Source of the DNA: an archaeon
GTDB taxonomy: Archaea; Nanobdellota; Nanobdellia; SCGC-AAA011-G17; GW2011-AR18
NCBI GenBank assembly: GCA_023245565.1
Contig: JAHFKB010000005.1
Location: 1 to 39,973 of the forward strand
Direction: 5' to 3'
DNA: 39,973 nt
The notes below the pieces were generated by a model that worked only from the letters and a program-made list of their open reading frames with translations, had not been told where the DNA came from and did no database searches. Of this stretch, positions 23,961 to 32,214 are shown piece by piece. The translations under genes were made by a program, and so were the position numbers. Position 1 is the first letter of the stretch, and each line of letters begins with the position of its first letter.

Positions 23961-24947
23961 ATGAAAGAATTAGAGAAACTTAATATTGCTAAGAAGAATA
24001 TATTAAGATTACCTAAGAAAAAAATAGATGAAACTATTAAAATTAAAGGATATGATTTTAATCAAAAACTAGATTATAGTAAATTAATTGATAGTTTTTC
24101 TAGTACAGGATATCAAGCTACACATTTAATTGAAGCAATTAAGATTATTAAAAAAATGAGAGAAGATAAGTGTACGATATTTTTAGGTTATACTTCTAAT
24201 ATGGTTAGTTCTGGTTTAAGAGATGTTTTTAGGTATTTAGCTGAACATAAATTAGTAGACTTAATAGTTACAACTGCTGGTGGTGTTGAAGAAGATCTAA
24301 TTAAATGTATTAAACCCTTTTTATTAGGTAATTTTACAGATTCTGGAAAAGAACTTAGAGAAGCAGGTGTGAATAGAATTGGTAATGTTCTAGTTCCTAA
24401 TGATAGATATGTTGAATTTGAAAAATTCTTTGTTCCTTTAGTTGATAAATTATCTAAAATTAAAGAAGCTTATACTCCTAGTGAATTAATTAATATTTTA
24501 GGTAAAGAAATTAATAATAAAGAAAGTATTTATTATTGGTGTCATAAAAATTCTATTCCTGTATTTTGTCCTGCTTTTACTGATGGTTCAATGGGAGATA
24601 TGGTTTATTTTTACAAATATCAAAATGATAAATTTAAGATTGATGTTGCTGATGATATTAAAAAAATAAATGATATTGCTATTACTGCTAAGAAAACTGG
24701 TTTGATTATTCTTGGTAGTGGTGTTGTTAAACATCATATTTGTAATGCAAATATGTTTAGAAATGGTGCTGACTATGCTGTTTATATAAATAATGCACAA
24801 GAATTTGATGGTAGTGATGCTGGTGCTAGGCCTGATGAAGCTGTTTCTTGGGGAAAAATATTACCAGAAGCTAAAACTGTGAAAGTTTTTGGTGATGCTA
24901 CTATTTTATTTCCATTAATTGTTGCTAAAGCTTTTGTTGAAAAATGA
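23961..24947 (+). CDS. dys: deoxyhypusine synthase
   Basis: 328 aa. It has TSNMVSSGLRD, TTAGGVEEDLIK, and GSGVVKHHI...NNAQEFDGSDAGARPDEAVSWGK. Confidence 0.96.
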   Translation: MKELEKLNIAKKNILRLPKKKIDETIKIKGYDFNQKLDYSKLIDSFSSTGYQATHLIEAIKIIKKMREDKCTIFLGYTSNMVSSGLRDVFRYLAEHKLVDLIVTTAGGVEEDLIKCIKPFLLGNFTDSGKELREAGVNRIGNVLVPNDRYVEFEKFFVPLVDKLSKIKEAYTPSELINILGKEINNKESIYYWCHKNSIPVFCPAFTDGSMGDMVYFYKYQNDKFKIDVADDIKKINDIAITAKKTGLIILGSGVVKHHICNANMFRNGADYAVYINNAQEFDGSDAGARPDEAVSWGKILPEAKTVKVFGDATILFPLIVAKAFVEK

Positions 24948-24949
24948 AT

Positions 24950-25693
24950 TTATTCTTTACTAGATAACCACAACCTGTTAAATATTTGTCTGTAAGAATT
25001 TGCAACATGTTCATTATTAATTATTGTTGTGGTTGGTTTTTCTGTCCAGACTACAAAAGCAACTTTATTCCCATAAATGACAGTTTCAGTTAATGGTTCA
25101 AAATCTTCATCTAAAAATTTAAGTTCAATAAATTTCTCAGGTACAATATTTTTCCAACGTCTTAATGATTTATGAAATATCATTTTTGCTTTTATCTTAT
25201 ATTCTTTTTGTTTTACATGTAAATTTTGCCAATAAAAATCTTCAATAATTACTTCTGATTCTTTTGGAGAACCAAATACTAAATAATCTAATTTTTCATT
25301 TATTATTTCTGAATAAATTTGTTTTACTCCAGAAATACCCCTAAATACCATTGCTGTTTCTTTAATATGAATATGTTTCTTAACTAATTGAACTTCTCTT
25401 GCTAATTGTTTTGCAATATTTTCTTGTTGTTGTAATTCTTCTTTCTTTTTTTCGACATAGTCTATTAGCGCTTCTGGTTTTTGTAACTGATATATACGTT
25501 TATTTCCTTCAATAATTTTAGAGATAATTCCTTTTTCACAAAGCCTTTCTAAAGCATCATAAGTATTTCCTTTGTAAAATCCAGTTTCTTCTATTAGCTT
25601 TTGTACTTCAGAAGCACCAATTCTTAATAATGCAAGGTATAAGGTGGCTTCAGCTTGAGATAGTCCTAATTTTTTTAGATCTTCTACTTTCAT
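24950..25693 (-). CDS. TrmB-family transcriptional regulator
   Basis: 247 aa. The N-terminal winged HTH is LGLSQAEATLYLALLRIGASEVQKLIEETGFYKGNTYDALERLCEKGII, followed by a C-terminal effector-type domain. Confidence 0.87.
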   Translation of the reverse strand: MKVEDLKKLGLSQAEATLYLALLRIGASEVQKLIEETGFYKGNTYDALERLCEKGIISKIIEGNKRIYQLQKPEALIDYVEKKKEELQQQENIAKQLAREVQLVKKHIHIKETAMVFRGISGVKQIYSEIINEKLDYLVFGSPKESEVIIEDFYWQNLHVKQKEYKIKAKMIFHKSLRRWKNIVPEKFIELKFLDEDFEPLTETVIYGNKVAFVVWTEKPTTTIINNEHVANSYRQIFNRLWLSSKE

Positions 25694-25750
25694 AGTAGTA
25701 CTTTCTAAATACTACTTAAATAAATATACTTCTGACTACTTCTTAGTAGT

Positions 25751-26425
25751 ATGGTATTAACAATGGGGAACTATGATGAATTTGCACTGGAATATGCAGA
25801 TAAAACTGCATCTATGGAACAAGAACTTAGAAAACATTTCTATTCTTTACTTCCAGATCTAAAGGGTAAAACTTTACTTGATGTGGGTTGTGGTTCTGGA
25901 CATGATGCAGAATATTATGTAAATAAAGGTGCAAAAGTTTCAGGAATAGACATATCAGAAAATGAAATTGAATTAGCAAAGAAAAAAACAAATGGTAATT
26001 TTATTGTTGGAAATATGAATAATTTGCATTATGAAAATAATTCATTTGATGTGGTTACTAGTTTTTATGCATTACAAACTTCAGATGATGTTCCTAAAGC
26101 ACTTAGTGAAATGATAAGAGTTGCAAAGCCTAATGCAAGAATTGTTATAGTTACAAAACACCCTACTAGGAACTTATTGGAAAGTTATGTAAATGATAAA
26201 AATTTAGATTACTATGCAAAAAGAAAAGTTACTTCTTATATTTTTAATAAAAGTATAAAACTTTCTGAACCTGGACATACAATGATGGATTACTTATCTG
26301 CTTCTGTTTTAGATAAATCTAAACTTGAAGTTTTTGAAGAACATACAGATTTTCCTGCAAGTGAACAAGTTGTTCCTGGATTAATTTATCCAACTTTAAT
26401 GATTTTAAAATATAGAAAACAATAG
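25751..26425 (+). CDS. class I SAM-dependent methyltransferase
   Basis: 224 aa. Motif I is LLDVGCGSGHDA, post-I is GIDISE, followed by FDVVTSFYAL. Confidence 0.88.
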   Translation: MVLTMGNYDEFALEYADKTASMEQELRKHFYSLLPDLKGKTLLDVGCGSGHDAEYYVNKGAKVSGIDISENEIELAKKKTNGNFIVGNMNNLHYENNSFDVVTSFYALQTSDDVPKALSEMIRVAKPNARIVIVTKHPTRNLLESYVNDKNLDYYAKRKVTSYIFNKSIKLSEPGHTMMDYLSASVLDKSKLEVFEEHTDFPASEQVVPGLIYPTLMILKYRKQ

Positions 26426-26435
26426 GAGGAATAAA

Positions 26436-26549
26436 ATGCCACCGTCAGGATTTAGTCAAAAAGCAATAAATGGATTATTAATGTTTATTGGAGCTTTTTA
26501 TGAAGATCTTCTTAAAGAAATTAAAGAAGAAAAACATAAAGAATCTTAA
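26436..26549 (+). CDS. 37-aa micro-ORF with a strong Shine-Dalgarno sequence
   Basis: AATAGGAGGAATAAA precedes the ATG. The peptide is MPPSGFSQKAINGLLMFIGAFYEDLLKEIKEEKHKES. Confidence 0.3.
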   Translation: MPPSGFSQKAINGLLMFIGAFYEDLLKEIKEEKHKES

Positions 26550-26606
26550 GCTATTGCAAAAGAATTGAAAAATATAAATGATTACTTAAAAAATTTTAAG
26601 TTGTGA

Positions 26607-27359
26607 TTATTTAAATGCAACTTCAATATTTGATTTAATCATAGATTTAGGTCTTGCACCTGTTACTCTAGCAATTTCTTTTCCATCTTTAAACATAATA
26701 AAAGTTGGAATTCCTAAAACACTTAATCTTTGAGCTATGTTTTGATTGTCGTCAACATTTAATTTTGCAAATTTAACTTCTTTCATTTCTTTACTTAATT
26801 CTTCAAATATTGGAGACATAGCTTTACAAGGGCCGCAATTATGAGCTAAAAATCCATTTGCTATAAAATTATGATTATTTTCCATAGATATTTTCTGAAC
26901 TGATTTTAGATAAATTTCTTTAGTTTCCTTAATATTCTCCCAAGCAAGGCCTTTTGGAAGATCTTTTTCTATTTTTTCCCATTTATCTTTATCAAATTCC
27001 AGCATAACTGCGACTTTTTCATTTTTTTTTAATTCTTCAGCCTTTTTCCAACCTTTTGGCGTGAGAAATTCATGTTCATCTGTGACTTTTATTTTCCTTT
27101 CGCTCTCTGTAATAATTTCTTTACAATGTCCTAAAATATTTGATGTAAAAGATTTTTTAACTTTATCAGGAGTAATTTCTTTTCCATTATATGTTAATAA
27201 TATATCTGTATTATTTATTTCTTTAGCTAATTTAGGAATATTATCTGAAGTTAAAATTTGTGTTGATTCTTCAATACACCACTCTGCCCAAAGATCTATA
27301 ACTAAAAGTTTATTTTCTTTTATTTCTTTATTAAAATTATCTGAATTTAGTTCTAACAT
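26607..27359 (-). CDS. trxA: thioredoxin interrupted by a mini-intein at the active site
   Basis: The exteins (27 aa + 76 aa) join to give ..VIDLWAEW|CGPCKAMSPIFEEL..., a canonical WCGPC thioredoxin of 103 aa. Confidence 0.9.
   Translation of the reverse strand: MLELNSDNFNKEIKENKLLVIDLWAEWCIEESTQILTSDNIPKLAKEINNTDILLTYNGKEITPDKVKKSFTSNILGHCKEIITESERKIKVTDEHEFLTPKGWKKAEELKKNEKVAVMLEFDKDKWEKIEKDLPKGLAWENIKETKEIYLKSVQKISMENNHNFIANGFLAHNCGPCKAMSPIFEELSKEMKEVKFAKLNVDDNQNIAQRLSVLGIPTFIMFKDGKEIARVTGARPKSMIKSNIEVAFK
26838..27278 (-). mobile_element. 147-aa mini-intein (no endonuclease domain) in thioredoxin
   Basis: Block A is CIEESTQILT. Block B is KVTDEHEFLT (TxxH). Blocks F/G are VQKISMENNHNFIANGFLAHN, followed by +1 Cys. 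The coordinates were checked codon by codon. Confidence 0.85.
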
Positions 27360-27415
27360 TTTCTAATTGAAAATTTATTTCTTTATTAATCTTTTGTTTA
27401 ATTTTATGGAAATAT

Positions 27416-28507
27416 TTATTTTCTGAAAATTTTTGCAGGACGTACACCTAAATTCTTATTTGTGAAAAGCGGATCACTGCCGTAGCCTAGGTCCATACAA
27501 CCACCATAAAAATCAGCCCTGAACCTAGAGAAATCTCTATTTCTTGGAGGAAAATAATAAATTTCATGATTTTTTGATTCTTTTATAGGCAAACCTTGTG
27601 AATTACAATTTTCTAAATTAATATAACAATCTTTCATTAAACAATTATTCAATTCGGATTTGATTTCTGATATATTTGAACTTTCTTCAGGTTTAAATTT
27701 AGTAATTAAAAAAAATTTATTATTTATTTCTTCAAATCTTGCATTTAACCATTCTCCCCTAGATGGTTTTCTTTTTCCTAAAATTTCATCTAAAATAGTG
27801 TCAACTTCTTCTCTAGGAATTATATCACCATTTCCATCTAATACTTTTTCACCTGATTTTAATAATAAAACAAAATCTATAAATCTTCTTATATCTAACA
27901 TAAAGCAATCTTCTTTATTTAATAATTCTTGGCATTCATTCCAAGTTTTTCCTTTATGTTTAACTTCTTTGCTAATTAATAAACCATTGTTAGAAAAACC
28001 TCCATGTATTGCTTTAGATAAAAATATATAATTACTCAAAGATTTCTTATGTATTCTATAAATTAATTTTACTCTTTCTATAGGAATTATAAATTCAATT
28101 GATAATGTTTTTTTTAAATTTTCAATTTCTTTTTCAGCATAATCCCTTATTAAATCAATACCATAATCTTCTGCATAATTTTCATTAATATCTTTAACAT
28201 CTATTGTAATATTATCTATAAAAATAGTATTATGTTCCCTCCTATAAATCTCTATAAATTTACAATCTAAATTTATTTCAATATTAACTAGGTCTTTTTT
28301 AGGAATGAAGAATGATTCAGAAACTTTTATGAATATTATTTTTTTAATTTGATATTTTGCACCCAATTCTTGAGGAATAATTAATTGAGAAGATATATGA
28401 AATTTATAGTCTCTTGGATGGAAAATATTATTTGCTTTTTTCAAATAATCAATTAATGGCTGAGTTAATGCGTTTAATTTTAAAGGTATTTCTTTTAACG
28501 TATCCAT
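27416..28507 (-). CDS. hypothetical protein with a DUF1566/FGE-like C-terminal domain (paralog of 6280..7275)
   Basis: 363 aa. It contains KTWNECQELL..CFMLDIRRFIDFV and the C-terminal IYYFPPRN...YGGCMDLGYGSDPLFTNKNLGVRPAKIF. Confidence 0.65.
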   Translation of the reverse strand: MDTLKEIPLKLNALTQPLIDYLKKANNIFHPRDYKFHISSQLIIPQELGAKYQIKKIIFIKVSESFFIPKKDLVNIEINLDCKFIEIYRREHNTIFIDNITIDVKDINENYAEDYGIDLIRDYAEKEIENLKKTLSIEFIIPIERVKLIYRIHKKSLSNYIFLSKAIHGGFSNNGLLISKEVKHKGKTWNECQELLNKEDCFMLDIRRFIDFVLLLKSGEKVLDGNGDIIPREEVDTILDEILGKRKPSRGEWLNARFEEINNKFFLITKFKPEESSNISEIKSELNNCLMKDCYINLENCNSQGLPIKESKNHEIYYFPPRNRDFSRFRADFYGGCMDLGYGSDPLFTNKNLGVRPAKIFRK

Positions 28508-28537
28508 AATAATCTAAGAAATTAATAATATAAAAAA

Positions 28538-31108
28538 TTAACTACATTCAGAATGTCCGCAGTCTAGACATGTTGGAGAAGAACAACCATTTATGTATTC
28601 AACATTTGGAGAATAACATTTTGGACAGTGTTGTTGTTTTACTTCTATTTTTAAATCTGTTAATCTTATTTGTTCTTTATCTCCAACTTTTCCATTTTTT
28701 TCTAAGTGTCTTTTAAGAGCTAATGCAATTGCATGTGGTATTGATTCAATTCTATTAGGACCAAATCCTAGAGGACGATCTCCTTTAATTGAATTAAGAT
28801 GTTTAATTGCATTCTTTGGATCATATCCTGCTTGTATTGCTTTAGATAAAAATATTCCTAAAACAGAAGTTAAACCTGATAATTCTGTTCCTATAGGAGA
28901 GATTGAAGTAAATATTTTTGATGGGCCTTCTTTATCATGAACAATATTTATATGTAAAGGACCATTTCCTGTTTCAATCTCATAATAATCTGAAGAAACT
29001 CCTTTAGTAAAGTCTATGTCTTTTTTCTTAACTTCTTCTTTTTTTATTTGTACTGTTTTAGAAGAAGTAGACTGACTTAAATTTAAAACTTGAACTTCTT
29101 TACAACCATCTCTGTAAACAGTTACACCTTTACATCCTGCTTTGTAAGCATATAAATATGCTTCTTTAATATCTTCTACACTTACATTTTTAGACATGTT
29201 AATTGTTTTTGAAACAGCATTGTCTGTATTTCTTTGGAATCCTGCTTGATGATCAATATGTGTTCTCCAAGGAGTATCGTGAGATGATGTAAATATTCTT
29301 TGTATGTTTGTTGGAATTTCTTTTATTCCACGTACAGAGGAATGATTATCTGCAATTTTTTTTAGTAAAGTATTTTTATCTAATCCAAACCAATTATATT
29401 GTTCTGCTGTTTCTAAAAATGCAGGAACAACTTCATAATAAACATATTTTGGATCTGGTTCTTTTCCTTCTTTTAATGAATCAACTGCTTCTGCTTGAAA
29501 ACGTTTGTATGCAATTGCAAAGAAAGGCTCAATACCAGAACCTTGTAGGCCTGCTGTTATTGCAATAGTTCCAGTAGGAGCAATTGTTGTTCTTGCACAA
29601 TTTCTTGGACGTGCTACTTGTCCTCTAAAATATTCTCCTTTTTCATCATAAATACTATCTTTGAAATTATAGAAAACTCCTCTTTTTTCAGCTAGTTCTT
29701 CAGATGATTCTAGAGATTTAAGATTTATAAAACTCATAATTTCTTCTGCTAAAGTTATTGCTTCTTCTGAATCATAAGGTATTTCTAATTTAATTAACAT
29801 CTCTGCCCAACCCATGACTCCTAAACCTATACGTCTATTTCCTTTTGACATTTGTTCAATTTCTGGAAGAACATACATACTCATGTCAATTACATTATCT
29901 AAAAAATGTGTTGCTAATTTTGCTGTATATTCTAATTTTTGATAATCAACAACATATTTTGCATCTAATTTTTTTACATGATTAGAAAGATTAATACTTC
30001 CTAAAGTGCATGGTTCCCATGGAAGTAATGGTTGTTCACCGCAAGGATTTGTACTTTCTATTTGTCCTAATTTTGGTGTTGGGTTTGAATGTGTATTATT
30101 TATTCTATCAATAACAACAAAACCTGGATCTCCTGTTTCCCAAGCGCATTTTGCCATTAAATCAAACATTTCTTTTGCTTTTTCTCTACCTACAATTTTT
30201 TTTGATTTTGGACTTACTAATTCTATTTCAGAATCATTTTCAACTGCTTTGAAAAATTCTTCATCTAGAGCAACTGAAATATTAAAGTTTTGTAAAAAAC
30301 CTCTGTCTTTTGATTTAGATGTTATAAATTTTTTTATATCTGGGTGTTTGTAATACATAATACCCATATTTGCTCCTCTTCTTGTTCCACCTTGTCTTAC
30401 AACATCAGTAGATGTGTCAAAAATTCTAATAAAAGACATAGGACCTGAAGCTACTCCTTTTGTAGACTGTACTGGATCTCCTTCTGGTCTTACTTTAGAA
30501 AATGAGAAACCTGTTCCTCCACCAAATTGATGAATCATTGCCATTGCTGTTAGTGCATAATAAATTTCTTCAATAGAATCTCCTACTGGAAGAACAAAAC
30601 AAGCATGCAGGCCTTGTAGATCTCTACCTGCGTTCATTAAACAAGGAGAGTTTGGTAAAAAATCAAAATTAGATAACATATTGTAAATTTTTTCTTCTGT
30701 TTCCATTAATAATTTTGTAGCTCTTGAGTTTGTTTCAGCTAATTTTAACAAGTTTTGTTCAAATTTTTTAAAATTTGAAATTCTTTCATTTCTTTGCAAA
30801 CTTTTTAATTGAAATGATAATATGTGTGATTTTCTATCATCTTCAGAATTTAAAACTTCATATTTTATTCCATCTAAAAGTTGTTCTCTAGGAATTATTT
30901 CTTCATAATATAAATCAGCTAATGAAATATTTCTTGCAATTCTTCTTAACCATAATTCAACAGAATCTCCTCTTAAGTATTTATTTGCCATTACTTTAAG
31001 TTGATTTTCTGTAACTTTTACTTTTGGACCTTCTGAAGCTAATTCTTCAATTGATTTTAAAACTTCAAATGTAGAAACATGATCTTCTTTTTTTCTCTCA
31101 ATTTGCAT
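28538..31108 (-). CDS. nrdJ: ribonucleotide reductase, class II (adenosylcobalamin-dependent)
   Basis: 856 aa. It has NPCGEQPLLPWEPCTLGSINL, TIAPTGTI, and a C-terminal Cys-rich tail CPKC....C..C. I saw no intein. Confidence 0.95.
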   Translation of the reverse strand: MQIERKKEDHVSTFEVLKSIEELASEGPKVKVTENQLKVMANKYLRGDSVELWLRRIARNISLADLYYEEIIPREQLLDGIKYEVLNSEDDRKSHILSFQLKSLQRNERISNFKKFEQNLLKLAETNSRATKLLMETEEKIYNMLSNFDFLPNSPCLMNAGRDLQGLHACFVLPVGDSIEEIYYALTAMAMIHQFGGGTGFSFSKVRPEGDPVQSTKGVASGPMSFIRIFDTSTDVVRQGGTRRGANMGIMYYKHPDIKKFITSKSKDRGFLQNFNISVALDEEFFKAVENDSEIELVSPKSKKIVGREKAKEMFDLMAKCAWETGDPGFVVIDRINNTHSNPTPKLGQIESTNPCGEQPLLPWEPCTLGSINLSNHVKKLDAKYVVDYQKLEYTAKLATHFLDNVIDMSMYVLPEIEQMSKGNRRIGLGVMGWAEMLIKLEIPYDSEEAITLAEEIMSFINLKSLESSEELAEKRGVFYNFKDSIYDEKGEYFRGQVARPRNCARTTIAPTGTIAITAGLQGSGIEPFFAIAYKRFQAEAVDSLKEGKEPDPKYVYYEVVPAFLETAEQYNWFGLDKNTLLKKIADNHSSVRGIKEIPTNIQRIFTSSHDTPWRTHIDHQAGFQRNTDNAVSKTINMSKNVSVEDIKEAYLYAYKAGCKGVTVYRDGCKEVQVLNLSQSTSSKTVQIKKEEVKKKDIDFTKGVSSDYYEIETGNGPLHINIVHDKEGPSKIFTSISPIGTELSGLTSVLGIFLSKAIQAGYDPKNAIKHLNSIKGDRPLGFGPNRIESIPHAIALALKRHLEKNGKVGDKEQIRLTDLKIEVKQQHCPKCYSPNVEYINGCSSPTCLDCGHSECS

Positions 31109-31114
31109 TCTTTC

Positions 31115-31567
31115 TCACCTATCCTTTTTTAATAATCCTTGAATTTCTTTTTTGAAATCTTCTATATCTGCAAATTCTCTGTAGACAGAAGCAAATCTTA
31201 TGTATGCAACTTTATCAAGCTGCTTTAATTGTTTTGCAACTTCTTCACCAAGATCTTTGCTTTGGATTTCATTATCTTCTGATGTTCTTAATTTTGATTC
31301 AATTTTATTTACTATGTTGTTTATTTTTTCTAAAGGTATTGGTAATTTTTCACATGCTCTTGAAATGCCTTTTTTAAGTTTTTCTTTACTAAATAATTCA
31401 CGTCTGCCATCTTTTTTTATAATATATATTTGCAATGATTCTGCGTTTTCGTATGTTGTGAATCTTTTTTCACATTTTAGGCATTCTCTACGCCTTCTTG
31501 TTACATCTTCACTTTCCCTAGAGTCTATAACTTTAGTTTCTGAGTGGCCACAAAATATACATTTCAT
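31115..31567 (-). CDS. nrdR: transcriptional repressor NrdR
   Basis: 150 aa. MKCIFCGHSETKVIDSRES....RRRRECLKCEKRFTTYE is the NrdR zinc ribbon, followed by an ATP-cone. It lies 6 nt upstream of nrdJ. Confidence 0.95.
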   Translation of the reverse strand: MKCIFCGHSETKVIDSRESEDVTRRRRECLKCEKRFTTYENAESLQIYIIKKDGRRELFSKEKLKKGISRACEKLPIPLEKINNIVNKIESKLRTSEDNEIQSKDLGEEVAKQLKQLDKVAYIRFASVYREFADIEDFKKEIQGLLKKDR

Positions 31568-31590
31568 TTGGTTTTGTTACCTTTGAGTAA

Positions 31591-31606
31591 ACACCATATA
31601 TTGTGT
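31591..31606. promoter_or_regulatory. NrdR box 1 (ACACCATATATTGTGT)
   Basis: A 16-bp near-palindrome that matches the NrdR-box consensus acaCwAtATaTwGtgt as I recall it. It lies 24 bp upstream of the nrdR start. Confidence 0.6.
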
Positions 31607-31621
31607 TTTTATTAGTGAAAA

Positions 31622-31637
31622 CCACAAAATATAGTAT
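31622..31637. promoter_or_regulatory. NrdR box 2, weaker (CCACAAAATATAGTAT)
   Basis: About 13 of 16 positions match the same consensus. The centre is 31 bp from the centre of box 1, the usual tandem-box phasing. Confidence 0.4.
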
Positions 31638-31731
31638 ATATCTAAATGTGGTTTATATAGTTTTCTTAATTTGAGAATATGTTTCTATAAGTTTATACTA
31701 TTATAGATAGAATTGTAGTTAAAAGTTTTAA

Positions 31732-32211
31732 TTACTTCTTTAAATAAGTTAAAAAAGAATATGGAATGTCTTGTTCTAAATGCTCTTCTTTATCAACTAA
31801 ATTCCATTTAGTCAAATCTAATTCTGGAAAAAAAGTATCTCCATCATAATTTTTATGAACTCTTGTAAGTTCAATTATATTTGCTTTTGGTAAAAATAAT
31901 TCATAAACTGCTCTGCCGCCTGCAACATATGTATCTTGATCTTCTGCTAATTTTAATGCTTCTTCAATATTTCTTGCAACATATATTCCATCACTTGGTT
32001 GCATGGTGTTAGAGAGAATAATATTTTTTCTTTTTGGTAATGGTCTAAACTTTTCAGGAATTGATTCATAAGTTTTTCTTCCCATTATTACTGGATGATT
32101 TAATGTTAATTCTTTAAATCTTTTAAGATCTTGTGAAATACGCCAAGGAATTTGATTATTATTTCCAATAACATTATTCTCTGAAACAGCAACAATTATT
32201 GTTAAATCCAT
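31732..32211 (-). CDS. folA: dihydrofolate reductase
   Basis: 159 aa. It has IIVAVSENNVIGNNNQIPW, VIMGRKTYESIP and YVAGG. Confidence 0.93.
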   Translation of the reverse strand: MDLTIIVAVSENNVIGNNNQIPWRISQDLKRFKELTLNHPVIMGRKTYESIPEKFRPLPKRKNIILSNTMQPSDGIYVARNIEEALKLAEDQDTYVAGGRAVYELFLPKANIIELTRVHKNYDGDTFFPELDLTKWNLVDKEEHLEQDIPYSFLTYLKK

Positions 32212-32214
32212 TTT

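Noticed and set aside
24588-24800. 70-aa minus-strand ORF
   Set aside because: It is a shadow ORF inside deoxyhypusine synthase.
27061-27366. 101-aa plus-strand ORF
   Set aside because: It is a shadow ORF inside the thioredoxin/intein gene.
27434-27550. The paralog C-terminus as the template repeat for the island at 6341-6429
   Set aside because: Similarity is at the protein-motif level only. The many nucleotide differences fall at non-A positions and there is a two-codon length difference, so it is a paralog and not a TR.
27660-28031. 123-aa plus-strand ORF
   Set aside because: It is a shadow ORF inside ORF 27416..28507.
29308-30353. Two plus-strand ORFs (86 and 115 aa)
   Set aside because: Both are shadow ORFs inside nrdJ.
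28538-31108. Intein inside the class II RNR, a classic intein host
   Set aside because: The conserved RNR motifs are contiguous. No Cys/Ser...HN-Cys/Ser/Thr insertion with Hint blocks is visible, and the length is normal for this class.
31200-31586. 128-aa plus-strand ORF
   Set aside because: It is a shadow ORF inside nrdR.
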